Shown: positions 48,301 to 60,255 of the stretch, piece after piece
How the letters are laid out: every line of letters starts with the position of its first letter
How positions within the stretch are numbered: the stretch's first letter is position 1
The notes under the pieces: model-generated
Databases searched by the model: none
Told to the model about the DNA's origin: nothing
Seen by the model: only the letters and a program-made list of their open reading frames with translations
Position numbers and translations under genes: made by a program
Assembly (NCBI GenBank): GCA_964036045.1
Contig: OZ038378.1
Span: 11,904,001 to 11,968,000 of the forward strand
DNA: 64,000 bases
Direction: 5' to 3'
Origin: Eutreptiella sp. 'Long Island Sound 2002'
Taxonomy: Eukaryota; Protista; Euglenida

Positions 48301-50186
48301 ACGTACCAAAGGCCTGCTAGAGATTATCGTAGATATAGCGGCCTTTAATGAAACCTTTTTGTTGAATCGGGGTGATGGCTGCAATGAAGTCCTGCAGCTG
48401 CAGTGCCACAATGTTCGCTACCCATTAGTTGAAAAAGTTTTGGAGCACCAGGGGTCTGAGGTCCTGCACACCGGGCAGACCTGCCGTCTTTGGAATAGGA
48501 TTCAGCAGGGCTATGGACCAGGTTTCAGGCAGAGTGGGGTTATCCAACAGTGTTTGATAAATTTGGTGCATCAAAAGAACAAAGTGTCCCGAGAAACACT
48601 TATAAATAGCTCCTGTGAAACCGTCAATGCCCGGGGAAGAGGTCGCACTTAGGGCGTCAAGCGCCGCGTGCACCAGGTCAGCTGACGTTGTGCGAATGAG
48701 TAATTTGTCCATGTCAGCCAGGGGTTTACCCTTGAAGAAAGAGCGTAAGTACTCCGTGACCTGAGGGGAGGAGAGCCCTGAGACGGACATTTTGTCAGAC
48801 CAGAAGCCCAGCAGCTCTTGTGCTATCGACCCGGGGTCGGGGAGAACCTGGCCCGTTTTGCTGCGGAGCGTGTGCAGTTGCCGTTTCACCTGTAGTTGTC
48901 GGGTGAGGCGCCAGATTTCTTGCTTCCGCCGCCAGGGCTGTGAGGCCCATGGGTCGGATATCGTGGTCTTCAACTTGTCCAGCACCAGTTGGCCTGTCCG
49001 GTCCTCGTCAGCCTTTTCAGCCAAGGCGGCAAGGATGCGATAGGCCACATGAGGGTCGGGAATATCATATCCTTTAGACAAAAGAAAATCGTGGCCTCCG
49101 GGGCCTAGCTTATGTGATGTGGATTCCCTCAATAGTATTTGTATTTCGGTATAGCCCGTGCAGCAATGAGTCCTCTCATATGCGAGGGCTTGTCGGCAGA
49201 TCAGATCCTGAGAGTCTGCCCATTGAGCGAAACCTGTAGTTTGTAAACTGAAGAGGTGTGCCTGTATGTCGTCTACAGTCTCTTGGGACTGCAGAAAGGA
49301 GACAGGACATCTTTTGCGACGCTGCTGGTCGTAGAACGCAGATATGAGCGAAAAAACTACAGCCTTGTGGTCAGAAGAAGCCAGAAAACATGGATAGCAT
49401 TCACGTAAAACAGAGGCAAAGTTGTGCGGAACCAGGACGCGGTCAATCCGGCGTCTTCTGTCTGTGCTGATGTCCGTCATGTCTGCTTTGTGCTGACTGA
49501 CGTCCGGTGGTGGGGCGTCCTTGGGGCATAAAGATGGGAAACCCCATGTCCACCCTTCCAGGGGGAAATCTTCAGTGCGGCATGAGTGTAGTGTAGCAAA
49601 GGCGTCCACCAAATCGTGCTTGGCAAGGAATGATATCTCGCACTCTCGCGCCTCAAGGACATCCTTCTGTTCAGGTGAGGTTCTCAAGGAAGAGACATAT
49701 CGAGAGGGCAGGATAACAGAATTGTGGTCAAACAGAAAAATGGTATCAGAAGGAATCAGATGACGGAGCGATGCTAACTTTTTCCACTGGTGGGCTCTGA
49801 TGGTGGCATCATGATGGAAATGGCAGACAGCGAAGGAAAGCTCGATGTCGTCAGGGTCCTGAAGCCTGACGAATAGAAACCGGCTGGACCAGGTCCAGCT
49901 GTGGACGTGCGTCCATGTGGTGGAGTAAAGGATCGCAGCCCCCCCCCCGTCCTTTCGGGGACAGGTTGGTGAGCAACTTGATGTCCCCTTTAGAAAATTG
50001 TTCATGCAAGTTGAGCAAGTTTTGCTCATCCGGAATGTGAGGCTCCTGGAGCCCCATGACATGGAGTTTAGAGCGATGGAAAAATTTCATAATTTGTGTG
50101 TACCTGTGCTCGTGGCCTGTGCCGTTCGGGACCAGGGTGGACAAGCCGTTGGCGTTGAAGGTGCACGCCTTGAGGGAGGCTGCCAC
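45399..50186 (-). pseudogene. LINE ORF2 with several frameshifts
   Basis: TFNANGL, GLQEPH, RIDRVL, SDHKAV (APE); LRPLVL, DFSKAFDSVSH, GVRQGCLFSP, YADD, YKYLG (RT); CPIDQELETVAHTLYHC (zinc finger); VYTDGS, TNNSAEL, TDSQYV, VPSH..GSNEADRLA (RNase H). Confidence 0.92.
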
Positions 50187-50189
50187 AAA

Positions 50190-53025
50190 ATTTGGGGGGG
50201 GGGCAGATGTGGATTCTGGTGACCCCCATGGGTGGGTAGTACCTTAGTAGTGCAAGTCTTATGAATTTGTCATTGCGGGTTGCTCTGGCATACGTGGTTT
50301 TGCCAGCTGGCTGCTGGCGTTTCCGGGCCTCCGTAGAGTCCCTCTTTAAGTCGTTAAATTCTTTCAGTGTTATGATGGTGATTGATGTATTTTTCTGAGC
50401 ATCATGCAGGATGACACTGGTCTGGGGTAGGTGTGGCCCTTGCAGCTTCCATGCCACGGTGGTCATGTGCCTTGGGTTCCAAGTGGATCTGGTTAATGTG
50501 TCAACAGCAAAGCCATTCGAAGACAGGAAATCGCGCAGTGCGGTGTCACGTAGCCAGATAGGTACATTATACGCTACTAGGGCCTGGGGGGGGGCTGGTG
50601 CCTTCTCCCTGTCCTGAAGCAGACGACCTGGTCGAGCAGACGGAGCTGGCGTCAGACTCGGAGTCAGGATTGAACCAATCTCGCTGTTTTTCTTCCTTGA
50701 AAAGCAGCCCGTTGGCTTGCAGTTGGACGTACGGTCCTTGTACAAAAGAGTAGAGATCCTCTGGAGCCTTGAGCCCCAGGCGAACTTTATTGGGTCCTGC
50801 GACTTGCAAGGACCATGAGGCCGGTTCGGGCAGTGAGTCTGTCAGAATGGTGTGCAGGGTGAGCCATAGGTTCTTACTGTACTGCTCTTTGTGGGTTTTT
50901 TTGTAGAAAACCTCCAGGACGGCCTCTTGATCATGGAAAGCGGAGCCATCGAACTCTCCTGGTGACATAACTAAAAAGTGATCCTTCTTATTGTGAGCGT
51001 CAATGAACTTGGACCTCTCCCGAGCGTTGAGGTCGAGCAAGAAAATCTTAGTGTGTAATGGTTTGTTGGGAGGGCGGAGATTTATGGGTCCGGCCACATT
51101 AAAACACTGAGCTCCAGATAGGCCCATGTGTAGCATGGTCTGGGACATGTCGTTCTCGGTCATGTCAATCGCAAAAGTTGAGGTGGGGGGAGGTGGTAAG
51201 ATGGCGTCCTTACTCTCTAGGGTCGAGCCCTGCGAGAGAAGCCTCACCGTGTTGTAAACCGGTTTGAGTCTCTGTGAGATGGATTGCGGGGTGAAGCTGA
51301 TTACCCAGAAATCCATTGTGCCTCCTGCCGCCAGATGGAAACGGCGTGTTAATCTCGAGAAAGACTCTGGCGTGGCAGACATCTTCTGAAGTGTCTGATC
51401 GCACCATTGGCTGAAAGGAACCTGTGTGGTGACCGCAACTAGCATATCGAGACGAATAGGGGGCAGGTCTCTGTTGAGCCTGTGTTGTAATTCAATGCAT
51501 TGCGAAATTTCAGTGTCCTTGAGCACAAGGACCACGTTTGAGGACTCTTTTGGAAAGACGGTTGACAACTCATCAATACCTACTTTGTCCAGGCCTTGCC
51601 AGTTTTGGGCATGGCCTTCCGTTTTGAAGAACTGACAGGATTGGAGACAAGTGAAATCCTTGTCCCAACGGAACCGTAACATCAGTTGTTGCTGCTCCGC
51701 GGTGTGCAGGGGGGTAGACGCTTTCGGAGTGGGTAGTTTCGCCATGCGCTCACGCATGGTGGTGACAGCAGCGACATTGTCCTGGGAGAACCCGCAGTAA
51801 ACAGTGCCCACTGCGGGGGGAGAGGTGCTTGGGCCATGAGGCAACGGAAACTGGGCTCGCATACTCCCCCGTGTCACAGGCGCATGGTCATAACCACATT
51901 TTTCAGTGTTTTGCTTGCTGCACTGCAGCGTAGACCAGTTCTGTACCACACCAGGTGGTTGGTGGCTGTGCGTTGGCATTGGTCCTCTGGACATTGAGGT
52001 CAGCTAGAGAGGTGCTTGGCCATGAGGCAACGGAAACTGGGTTCGCATACGCCCCCGTGTCACAGGCGCATGGTCATAACCACATTGTTCAATGTCTTGA
52101 TTGCTGCACTGCAGCGTAGACCAGTTCTGTACCACACCAGGTGGTTTCTGACTGTGCATTGGCTCTGATCCTCTGGACAGTGAGGTCAGCTCGCACCCAC
52201 CACCCACCCGCAGTGCCGGTTAGACTCTAACCCTTGCCCTGCAGGTGGTGCCCCTGGCTTGCACTCTTTCCCCGGCTCGTTAGGGCGTGCCGTTGTCGTG
52301 CCCCACCGGGGGCCATGAGGCAACGGAAACTGGGCTCGCATACGCCCCCGTGTCACAGGCGCATGGTCATAACCACATTGTTCAGTGTTTTGCTTGCTGC
52401 ACTGCAGCGTAGACCAATTCTGTACCACACCAGGTGGTTGCTGACTGTGCATTGGCACTAGTCCTCTGGACATTTAGGTCACCTCGCACCCACCACCCAC
52501 CCACAGTGCCGGTTAGTCTCTAACGCTTGCTTGGTGCTTGGGTGCTTGGGTGCTTGGGTGCTTGGGGGGGGGGAGTATTATGTTGGGGGGTGTATCGGGG
52601 ACTATGTCAGGGTAGAACCCTTTAGCCTTCTTTCTGGCGGTCGAGACCCCTATGGCCACGGCCAGGCGCCGATCCATAGATGCTCGTTGGTCGACCAGCA
52701 CTTGCTGTTGTCGGAGAACTTCTTCTTGCTGTGCTTTGATGGTGCTGTCAAGATTGCTGTCTGGGCTCTGTAGCAGGTTGTAGATGCTCGTCTTCGTTTG
52801 CGACATTTGCTGGTTAACGTGCGTCCATTGGTCGTGTAACTTCTTGCGGGCGGGCTCATCGTTGCGTTCGATCATTTGGAGCTGCTTCTCACATTCTTTG
52901 CTTTGTGCAATTAAGAGGAAAACCGTTTTCCTCGCCTCATACAGTGGTGAGCCGTCCTCGAGCTTGTACTGCTGTAACGGGAGCTTGATCGCGGCGGCCA
53001 GGTCCTCCAACGCGGCTGTGAGCAT
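50190..53025 (-). pseudogene. LINE ORF1 region (coiled coil, three internal peptide repeats, RRM-like segments), frameshifted
   Basis: ORFs 52513-53256, 50567-51994 and 50068-50745; AYNVPIWLRDTALRDFLSSNGF resembles an ORF1 RRM. Confidence 0.6.
51821..52523 (-). repeat. Three copies of a 170-190-bp unit inside LINE ORF1
   Basis: ggccatgaggcaacggaaactggg... near 51832, 52018 and 52311. Confidence 0.92.
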
Positions 53026-53472
53026 AGAAAAGTTTATAGTGTTTTCAGCACTGTGTTTTTGCTTCTCCTGCTGCTTGCTGTTGCTGTAGGGTGTCCTGCT
53101 GCTTGTTTTGGGAGATGAAAAGCTTTTGTTTGTTGAAATACAGTAAATCCAAGTCAATCCAGGATAGCCCAAGCCAGAAGTATGGAAGGAGAAGAGAATC
53201 AGGATCAAAGCATGAAGGGGGGCAGTGTATACAGTGAAAGATGATTTAATATTCACAGAAACTGCAACTCAGGTCACAAATGAATGCATATTCACAAAGA
53301 TAGCTGAAATGTTTTGGAAAAGAGTTAGAAAACTGCCCCATGGTCACTCTATCTCCATAGTGCCATCTCAGGAGATGTCTACTCTTTGTTTTGGGTCCCA
53401 TATGTGCTGAGGTGGCGGGGCATGTGGCGATGAGGTCACTGCCATGTCACATGGGATCTTCCTACTTAGCTA

Positions 53473-53548
53473 GGCGGACCAGGAATTGAACCCAGGACCT
53501 CTCAAAAAGAGGTGCCCAGCCCCCTAGGGTGCATACCACTAGGATAGC
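53473..53548 (-). other. tRNA-like sequence (SINE head or tRNA pseudogene)
   Basis: Minus strand has A-box-like TAGTGGTA and B-box GGTTCAATTCC within a plausible T-arm; anticodon arm not canonical. Confidence 0.45.
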
Positions 53549-56079
53549 TAAGAATTCATGGAAAAACATAGGTAAATTCATAGGCTCTACTTTAGATATG
53601 TCAGTTCTCAGTCAACTCAGGAAAAGATGAATAGCTTCATATTGAGAGGGGATTAAGGGGTCCATTCCATATCCTGATTGGGCGTTTGGTTCCATAGGTC
53701 AAAATGTGTTATCACCACTTTTGGTTGGACCAATACTAAGATAAAAATGCATGGATGCTCAGTGCATCTCTAATACAACTAGAGTATGCCTCAAAGCAAT
53801 GGAAAAGCATTTTTTCTTACTCCCCCCTTGTGCTGTGGTGGCCACCACTGTCGCATTTTAGGAAAAAGGGAAATTTTCTTGGCCTTTCCTTGGTTTCCAC
53901 ATCTACTTTAAAATACCTATAGTTTCCCTCACACAGAAAAATGGGCGCTCACCATGGCTGGCAATCTTTTGCTGCTCTGTTTATAACATTTCCTACAGAA
54001 GACTCAGCGCTCGTGGCGCTGCCGGGGCTCCTGTGGCTTGGTTGGGTTAGTATGGGAGCATGCCAAACATGTGCATATGCATCCCTCCCTCCAAGACGCA
54101 GCGTCGACACAAACCCAACGCAAGACACAATATACACACTCGCATGGGTTCTCGGAAACCTGCTGGCGACCTGTGACCTGTCTTAGGGCGAAGGGAGTCT
54201 CAAAAAAAATTAAATTGCCCCTTGGTGGGGTCTTGGGTTCTGCTCAGTCTCTCCAGGCACCTGCGTTTCGGCCCGAACACGGCCTACTCAGCGAGGCTGC
54301 GCGTGGGTATCTGCAGAGGCAGGAATGGGAGAATTATGGACGGATCCACGCAAAAACGAAGCGACGACACCAAAATCCGTCAAATGACGGCCTAGAATTT
54401 CTCTGAAACGACACACCTGAGCAGAATCCAATTGTGCATCAGAAGCACATTTTTATAGAAATTATAGTCATCTCTGGATTTTTTAAATCCAGAAATTCAT
54501 ACGCATAACAAGGCGGCGCGCAGGAGCGGCTCCTAGCGAAGTGCCGGAAAATGGAGAAATAATGGAATTATAAATGTATGTCTCACGTAGTCTTGAAAAT
54601 GACGAGACCCACATTAATAAATAAACATACAGATTCCACCCACACTAATAGAAGTATCGAAAATTCAAGAATTCGAAAATCAATCGAAAAGACTTCAATG
54701 AATCAGGTATAAACTACAGGTATGCTCGTCTCGTATGCCGCATACACATTGTTCGTTTCGTGTCTCCGTGAACGAGCCATGTAGCAGCGCTAACAAAGAT
54801 AGAACGCGATAGAGGGATTGATTAGAAAGATTGCAGATGATTAGCGGTCAGATCAGGGTGATTAGACATACACACAAGTGCATAGCAACATTCTTCGCGT
54901 GCGCCCCTCACCTGCTCTCTCTCCCCAGCGGTAGGTAAGGTGAGTAAGCCCAGGCGGGGCCACCCCCTGGTGGAGTCGTGATTGAGGCTGAGATGGGCAG
55001 GTTTGCCCAACGCGATCGTGCATACTCGCGCATGCACACACGCATTAAAGGGCAGGCCACGCGAAGTGTGCACGGTAAACCTTGTTTAGGCTACCCAGGG
55101 GCTCCTCGGTACCTTCTTTAAGAGAACCTGAGGAGTCCCTTAAAGCTTGCTTGCTTGACCAGGGTAGCTGCTCCTGCAGCGTGTTTGCGGACAGTGTATT
55201 ATAGGTCACACTGAGAACCGTATAATACGGGGAGTGTGGCTTGGTTCCTCCGCCGCAAACGCCCTTTCATTTGCCTATGCTTTACAGGTGGGCAGGTAGG
55301 GTGAGTGGTGCAGCCGCATACCATTTTTTTCATGCCCTGCTAAACAAGGGTGCAGATCACACAAACAAATAACTGCCCTTTGCCTGTGGCAAAGCAGGGA
55401 GTCCGACTTCTTCGACATCTGCGCCGTGCACGCAAGAGCACCTCTTCCCTCCAAGCCCTAGCACGGGAAACGCGTTGTGGCGTCCCCTGTTAGGCCACAG
55501 TTGCTTAGTAGCGCTGTGTTCTCTTGTCATTTCACAGGAGGGTCGTTAGGACCCATGAGACCTTCGCCTTCGCAACGCCCAGTAGAGTGTGCGTGTAGGA
55601 GTGGTAGTCCTGAGTGGGGGCTTGAGCCAGTTGCCCCAGTGCTCGCCCACCAGGATGGTGCCACTGTAGGGAGTGTAGGACCTGTAGTGCGTGTGTCACT
55701 GTCCCACCCGTTTCCTGCAATTTTAGCAGGGTTGGTGGGCTGTGGCAGTGGTTAGGTCAGTGTTTTGGCCACTTAGCAAAACGGCGTTTTCATGCCTTCA
55801 TAGCTTTTGGCCACCCCTCCCTGTAGTAGACCGATAGGTAGGGAAAACAATACCTGGATTAGTACGCTGGGTATTCCCCAAAGGTTTTGCGCCAGCACAG
55901 AAATTGGGCGCTTAGGGGAGGGGAGACCCGGGGCGTACCCCGTGGCATGAATAAGCCAACACTCCAGGTTTAGCAAGCGTGCAGACTTGGGTATAATTAG
56001 GACACCACTTCTGCGGCTTGCTCTCAGGACCTTAGGAATAGCACACTCACACATACGCTTTGGCAGGTAAGGGTAAGGT

Positions 56080-57545
56080 TCAGTCCCTAGCTTTAGTCTT
56101 GGAGGCAAGCGTCTCAGCGAGCCTCAGCAACTCACCAAGGTTGTTCTGGGACAAGTAGTCCACCAGAACTGAGTTTAGGCGTCCCTCAGGTAGAACAAAT
56201 GCAGAGAAGGGCTCCCAGGTGGCCTCTTCGACTCCAAACCCTTCCCAGAGGGTGAGGAAGCGCCAACCTTGGCGAAAGCGGTGGCGTAGGAAAGACTTCA
56301 CCAGGTAGAAGCCCTCCTTAGCCATCTCCTCGGCGTTCATGTCGGGAAGTTCACCTTCAACTTCCATAGGGCTGGCAGCCCCTTGTAGGTCCAGAGCGGC
56401 GATTTCCTCGTCGTTCAGCTCCCACTCCTCCCCACAGAGGTCTTCAGGATCATAGTAGCGCTTCAGGTGTTGAGCAGCGCACACCAGGGTCCCCCCTAGA
56501 CGGGGAGAGCACCGCACGGTGATACGGTGTCCATCCACTGATAGAATCTTGTACGGCCCGAAGTATGGGTCATTGCTGGTAGAGCGTGGCCAGGCGGGTA
56601 GTCGACTGTGGTGCACCAGCACCCAGTCCCCCTCTTGGTAGGTGGCCGGTACTCGGTGCTTGTTCTTCTTGTTCCACTGTCGCTCCCTCACTCTCTGGAG
56701 CATAGCCTTGGCCTTGTCCACCTTCGCTTGTTGCTCTTGGACCCATTCACCCACAGAAGAATGGGTGTCCTCTGGATAGGGGGCATGTAGGAACCATGCC
56801 GGGCGCCCTAGGAATAGCTCATGGGGCGAGTAGCCAGTAGCTGAACTCTCTTGGGAGTTCATCATCAAGAATATGACGGGGAGTAGTCTCACCCAGTCTC
56901 TGGTGCGTTCAGTTTTGCACCATATCCTGACGTTCTCCTTCAGGACACGGATCTGTCGCTCACATAGGGGGTTGCTCGTGTGAGAGTAGGGAAATCCCGT
57001 AGACACCTGGACATTGAGGGATCTCAGGACCCTCTTGTACCAGCCAGTATCTGAGCGTACTCGTACGTCCTCATCGGAGTTGATCTCCTTGGGCGCCCCA
57101 TAGACACAAAACCACTCCTCCAGGAGTATCTTGATAGTCTCCTCCCCGGTAATGTGTTTGGTACATGGGAACACCCTGGTAAACCTGATCAACCCACAGG
57201 TTTCCACGAGGGCGAAGTCATAGCCCCCGAACTTCGGCATCTCCGTGTAGTCCACGTATAGAACACTGTTAGCACAGTGAGGGATGGGCAGGGTCGAGTA
57301 GAGACCTCTGTCCCTGATATCCCCTGGTTTACAGGACCTGCACGGGCACTTGTCCACGATAGGCTGGAGGGTTTTCCGCAGTTGGTCGTCAGTCCACGTA
57401 GTGTGGAACCACTGCTTGAACAGCCTCAGGGTGCGGTCAACACCCACATGACCACTGGACTCATGGGTCCACTTCAGCAGCGCTGGGACTCGGTCACTAG
57501 GCACCACAATACGGTCCTCGTGCCATAGGTAGCTCTTGTCGTCAC
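56080..57545 (-). mobile_element. 5'-truncated Ty3/Gypsy integrase plus chromodomain, second family
   Basis: THESSGH..CPCRSC, LYVDY, INSDED, NPLCE, YFGPYKIL, LVKSFLRHR..FLTLWEGFGVEEATWEP; open frame to the stop at 56080. Confidence 0.9.
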
Positions 57546-59927
57546 CCCGCGCCTTCAGCGCGGCCCGCAGCGCGTCCGCGAGGGACTCCACGCTCAGGCA
57601 GTGGTCTGCGAGGGGGGCGCAGGGCCGCCCGAGCTGCCGGTCCACGTACGCCCAGCGCGGCCGGAACCGGCGGACGTACGCGCACATCCCCTCGTCCGTC
57701 TGGTTAAGAACCACCACCCGCCCCCGCGGCCGCAGCAGCGGCAGCGCCATGGCGACCGCCCCGGCCGCGGGGTCCATGTGGTACAGGCAGTGCGTGAACA
57801 GGACGAGGTCGTGCCGCTCTCCCGCGTCCCGCGCCGCGGCCACGAACGCGGCGTCGAAGGGGGCCTCGCGGATCTCCGGGGGGGCCCGCAGGCGCCGGGC
57901 GACCGCCGGGGGGAGGGCGGCCATGGTGGCGCGGAGGCGCGCGGCCTGGGCGGCGTTGGGCTCCACGCCCACCCACCGCGTGACGTCCGGCAGCGCGGAG
58001 CCCAGCAGCTCCGCGTCGAAGTGGCCGGTGCCGGCCCCGACGGACAGCACGGAGCGCCCCTCGGGCGGGGGGGGCGCGGGCGGCGCGGCGTGCTCCCGCA
58101 GGAGCCCCCGCATGGCGTCGTACTCTGAGAGGCACAGGGGCGGCGCAGGGCGCGGCCGGGGGCAGACGCCCGGGGGGGACGCCCGGTGGGCGCACACGTA
58201 CACACGACGAGAACCGGGGGGCCCGGTTCATTCTGAACATTCTGAACATACTCAAGTCCGGGGGGTTACAATCCCCTTTTGCCATTTACCACGGAGGGGG
58301 GAACATGGGGGGGAATGGGGGGGATTGGGGAGGGCGGGCTTTCACTTGGGGGGGGGGTCGATAGAGCCCTCCGGCCGGACCCCCCCCCCCCAAAAGGGCT
58401 CAATTGACGGGCCCCCCAAAAATCTTACCAAGACTGACCCCCGGGCCCCGGAGGTGACCCGGACCCAAAATTTCGCAAAAAATGAAAATGGGATTTTTGG
58501 AATCAGCGCGTCGAGGGGGTTTAGAAAAGTCATCATTTGCCATGTATTTGGTGAAAAAAAATTTGACCATTTTCAATGCTCAAAAAAAATTTTTGGCGCC
58601 TTCGGCGCCAGAGTTCATAATAACTGATTAATGGTCCTGTCAATTGAGCCCTTTTCCCGAACCCCCTCCCCCCAGTTTTGGGGGGCTCTATCGACCCCCC
58701 CCCCCCCAAGTGAAAACCCGGCGCCCCTTGGGAGGAGGGGATTCTGCACCCGGCCCACAGAGGCCAACAAAACATTCCGGGCACCGGTGGCGCCCCAAGG
58801 TGCTTGTTCCTCATTGCTCACCGTTGGTGTGGGTTGGGGGGTCCTGAGGGGGGCGGGGCGGGGGGGCGGGGGGGCGGCGTTCCGGCCCGAAACGTAAGCC
58901 CCCCTCCTTCCCCCCCCGCGAAGGGGGCAGGTGCAGGGCTGTGCTTAAAGGGGGGGGGGGGGTTGGGGGGGGGGGTCTGGGACCCAAAATTTTGTGTACC
59001 AAAAATGGCCCAACAAGATTTTCCCAACGGTAAATTTCGGTATGTCCCACAATGGTCGCTTTGGTCTGGGGGGGGGGGGGGGGGGCACCCTTGCCATAAA
59101 AAATAAACACGGGCCTGGGCAGATGTTGAAGGGGTGCCTCAAATGCGGTTGACGGAGCGGTCACCGGCGGCTGAAAAAGCAGCTCCGGGGGGAGGGGGGG
59201 GGGGGTCTAGCGGGTGCAACACGGTTGGAGGGCTGTTGGTGGCGGACGGAGGCAGGAGTAGACTGTCACTCCGAAGGGGCGGCGGGGGGTTACCCCTCTT
59301 CCGCTTCCAGCGCACGTCTGCCCCCAGCCTCCCAGGGGCCGTGCAGGGGTGTATTGGAAGAGAAGAGGCATCTGCCTTTTCAGGTCCTGGACGCTAGTGC
59401 GAATGAGGGGTTAGGGGGTTAGTGGGTCAGAGCGCATCTATATACGAATGTATGCAGATATATAAGGCCCTTACCCCCCCCCCCCCCCAGCGTTTCGCGG
59501 CGCGACGGAAGGACCTGGGCCTCCTTCCTACGTGGGGTCCTCCGAGGAGCGACCCTGCCCAGAGCCTGGGCCATGTGCCCCTCTGCCCGCACCCGCAGCA
59601 GCAGCCGGCAGTACCCATCCGAACGGGGTAAAGCTCAGCCAGGGATGTATTGGAAGAGAGGAGGGGGGGGGGAGGGGGTTTGGGGGGGGGGTCTGGCCGG
59701 ACCCCCCCCCCTCCTCCTATGGTTGTCAGCTGTTCTAATACATCGCTGGGGCCGTGCACGGGCGGGACTGTGCAAGGCACAGGCGGAGGGCGCACAGACA
59801 CACACAAGCCCCGCGGGGCCGGACCTGTGGTGTGGAACTGCTGGATGTACGTCACGAAGCATTCGGAGTACTCGGCTTCGCTGAGCGGGTGCACGGTCAC
59901 GGGCTCTGGGTCGCTGCCGCATGCCAT
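57546..59927 (-). CDS. Class I SAM-dependent methyltransferase, histamine N-methyltransferase-like; join(59927..59825,58124..~57546)
   Basis: Exon 1 MACGSDPEPVTVHPLSEAEYSECFVTYIQQFHTT; phase-1 GT-AG intron 59824-58125 rebuilds codon GAG; exon 2 carries VLSVGAGTG, VGVEPN, HDLVLFTHCLYHM; expected C-terminus not found. Confidence 0.8.
58335..58720. mobile_element. MITE-like element in the methyltransferase intron
   Basis: About 35-bp inverted repeat cgggYtttcacttg(G)ntcgatagagccc at both ends; internal inverted pair gggctcaattgac; no clear TSD. Confidence 0.65.
59344..59748. mobile_element. hAT-type MITE
   Basis: Ends CAGGGGTGTATTGGAA and TTCTAATACATCGCTG; 8-bp TSD GGGCCGTG at 59336-59343 and 59749-59756. 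Confidence 0.78.
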
Positions 59928-60193
59928 TGTGGGAGCGCGGAAGTGCAAGAGCCTGAGGAAAGGGTATGACGGCATGGGCCCACTGCCCTTTTTGGCTCCG
60001 CACAGTGTTGGGGTTGATGGGTGGGAGAGCCAGAAGCAACTCACTGAAATGCTTGATTTCAGCCAGAAAATGCCAGCGGCTGTCCTCCTAATAGCTAAGA
60101 GAAGGGTGTCTCTGTTACGAACTGGACATTCTTCAATTCAAACAAAAAATTCGGGTCGTCATGTAGGCGCACAATAGGACGGTAGTTGAAAGC

Positions 60194-60255
60194 CAACCGA
60201 CGGCGGTTAGAGGGCAACCGACGGCGGTTGGAGGGTAACCGACGGCGGTTGGAGG
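60194..60255. repeat. 21-bp tandem repeat x3 with internal hairpin
   Basis: caaccgacggcggttggaggg units; aaccg/cggtt stem in each. Confidence 0.9.

Larger units (their letters stand above)
41261..53256 (-). mobile_element. L1/Tx1-like non-LTR retrotransposon (ORF1, APE-RT-zinc finger-RNase H), degenerate, interrupted by an LTR element
   Basis: Endonuclease, RT and RNase H motifs on the minus strand; (CCTA)4 candidate 3' tail at 41261-41276; 5' end approximate. Confidence 0.85.

Noticed and set aside
54780-55760. Possible LTR of the second Gypsy fragment (TGTAGC start at 54780)
   Set aside because: No partner LTR, matching CA end, PPT or TSD could be identified.
57536-58627. 363-aa plus-strand ORF
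   Set aside because: Antisense shadow of the GC-rich methyltransferase exon running into a MITE.
60194-60255. CRISPR-like palindromic repeats
   Set aside because: Units are directly adjacent with no spacers, and no cas genes are present; eukaryotic context.
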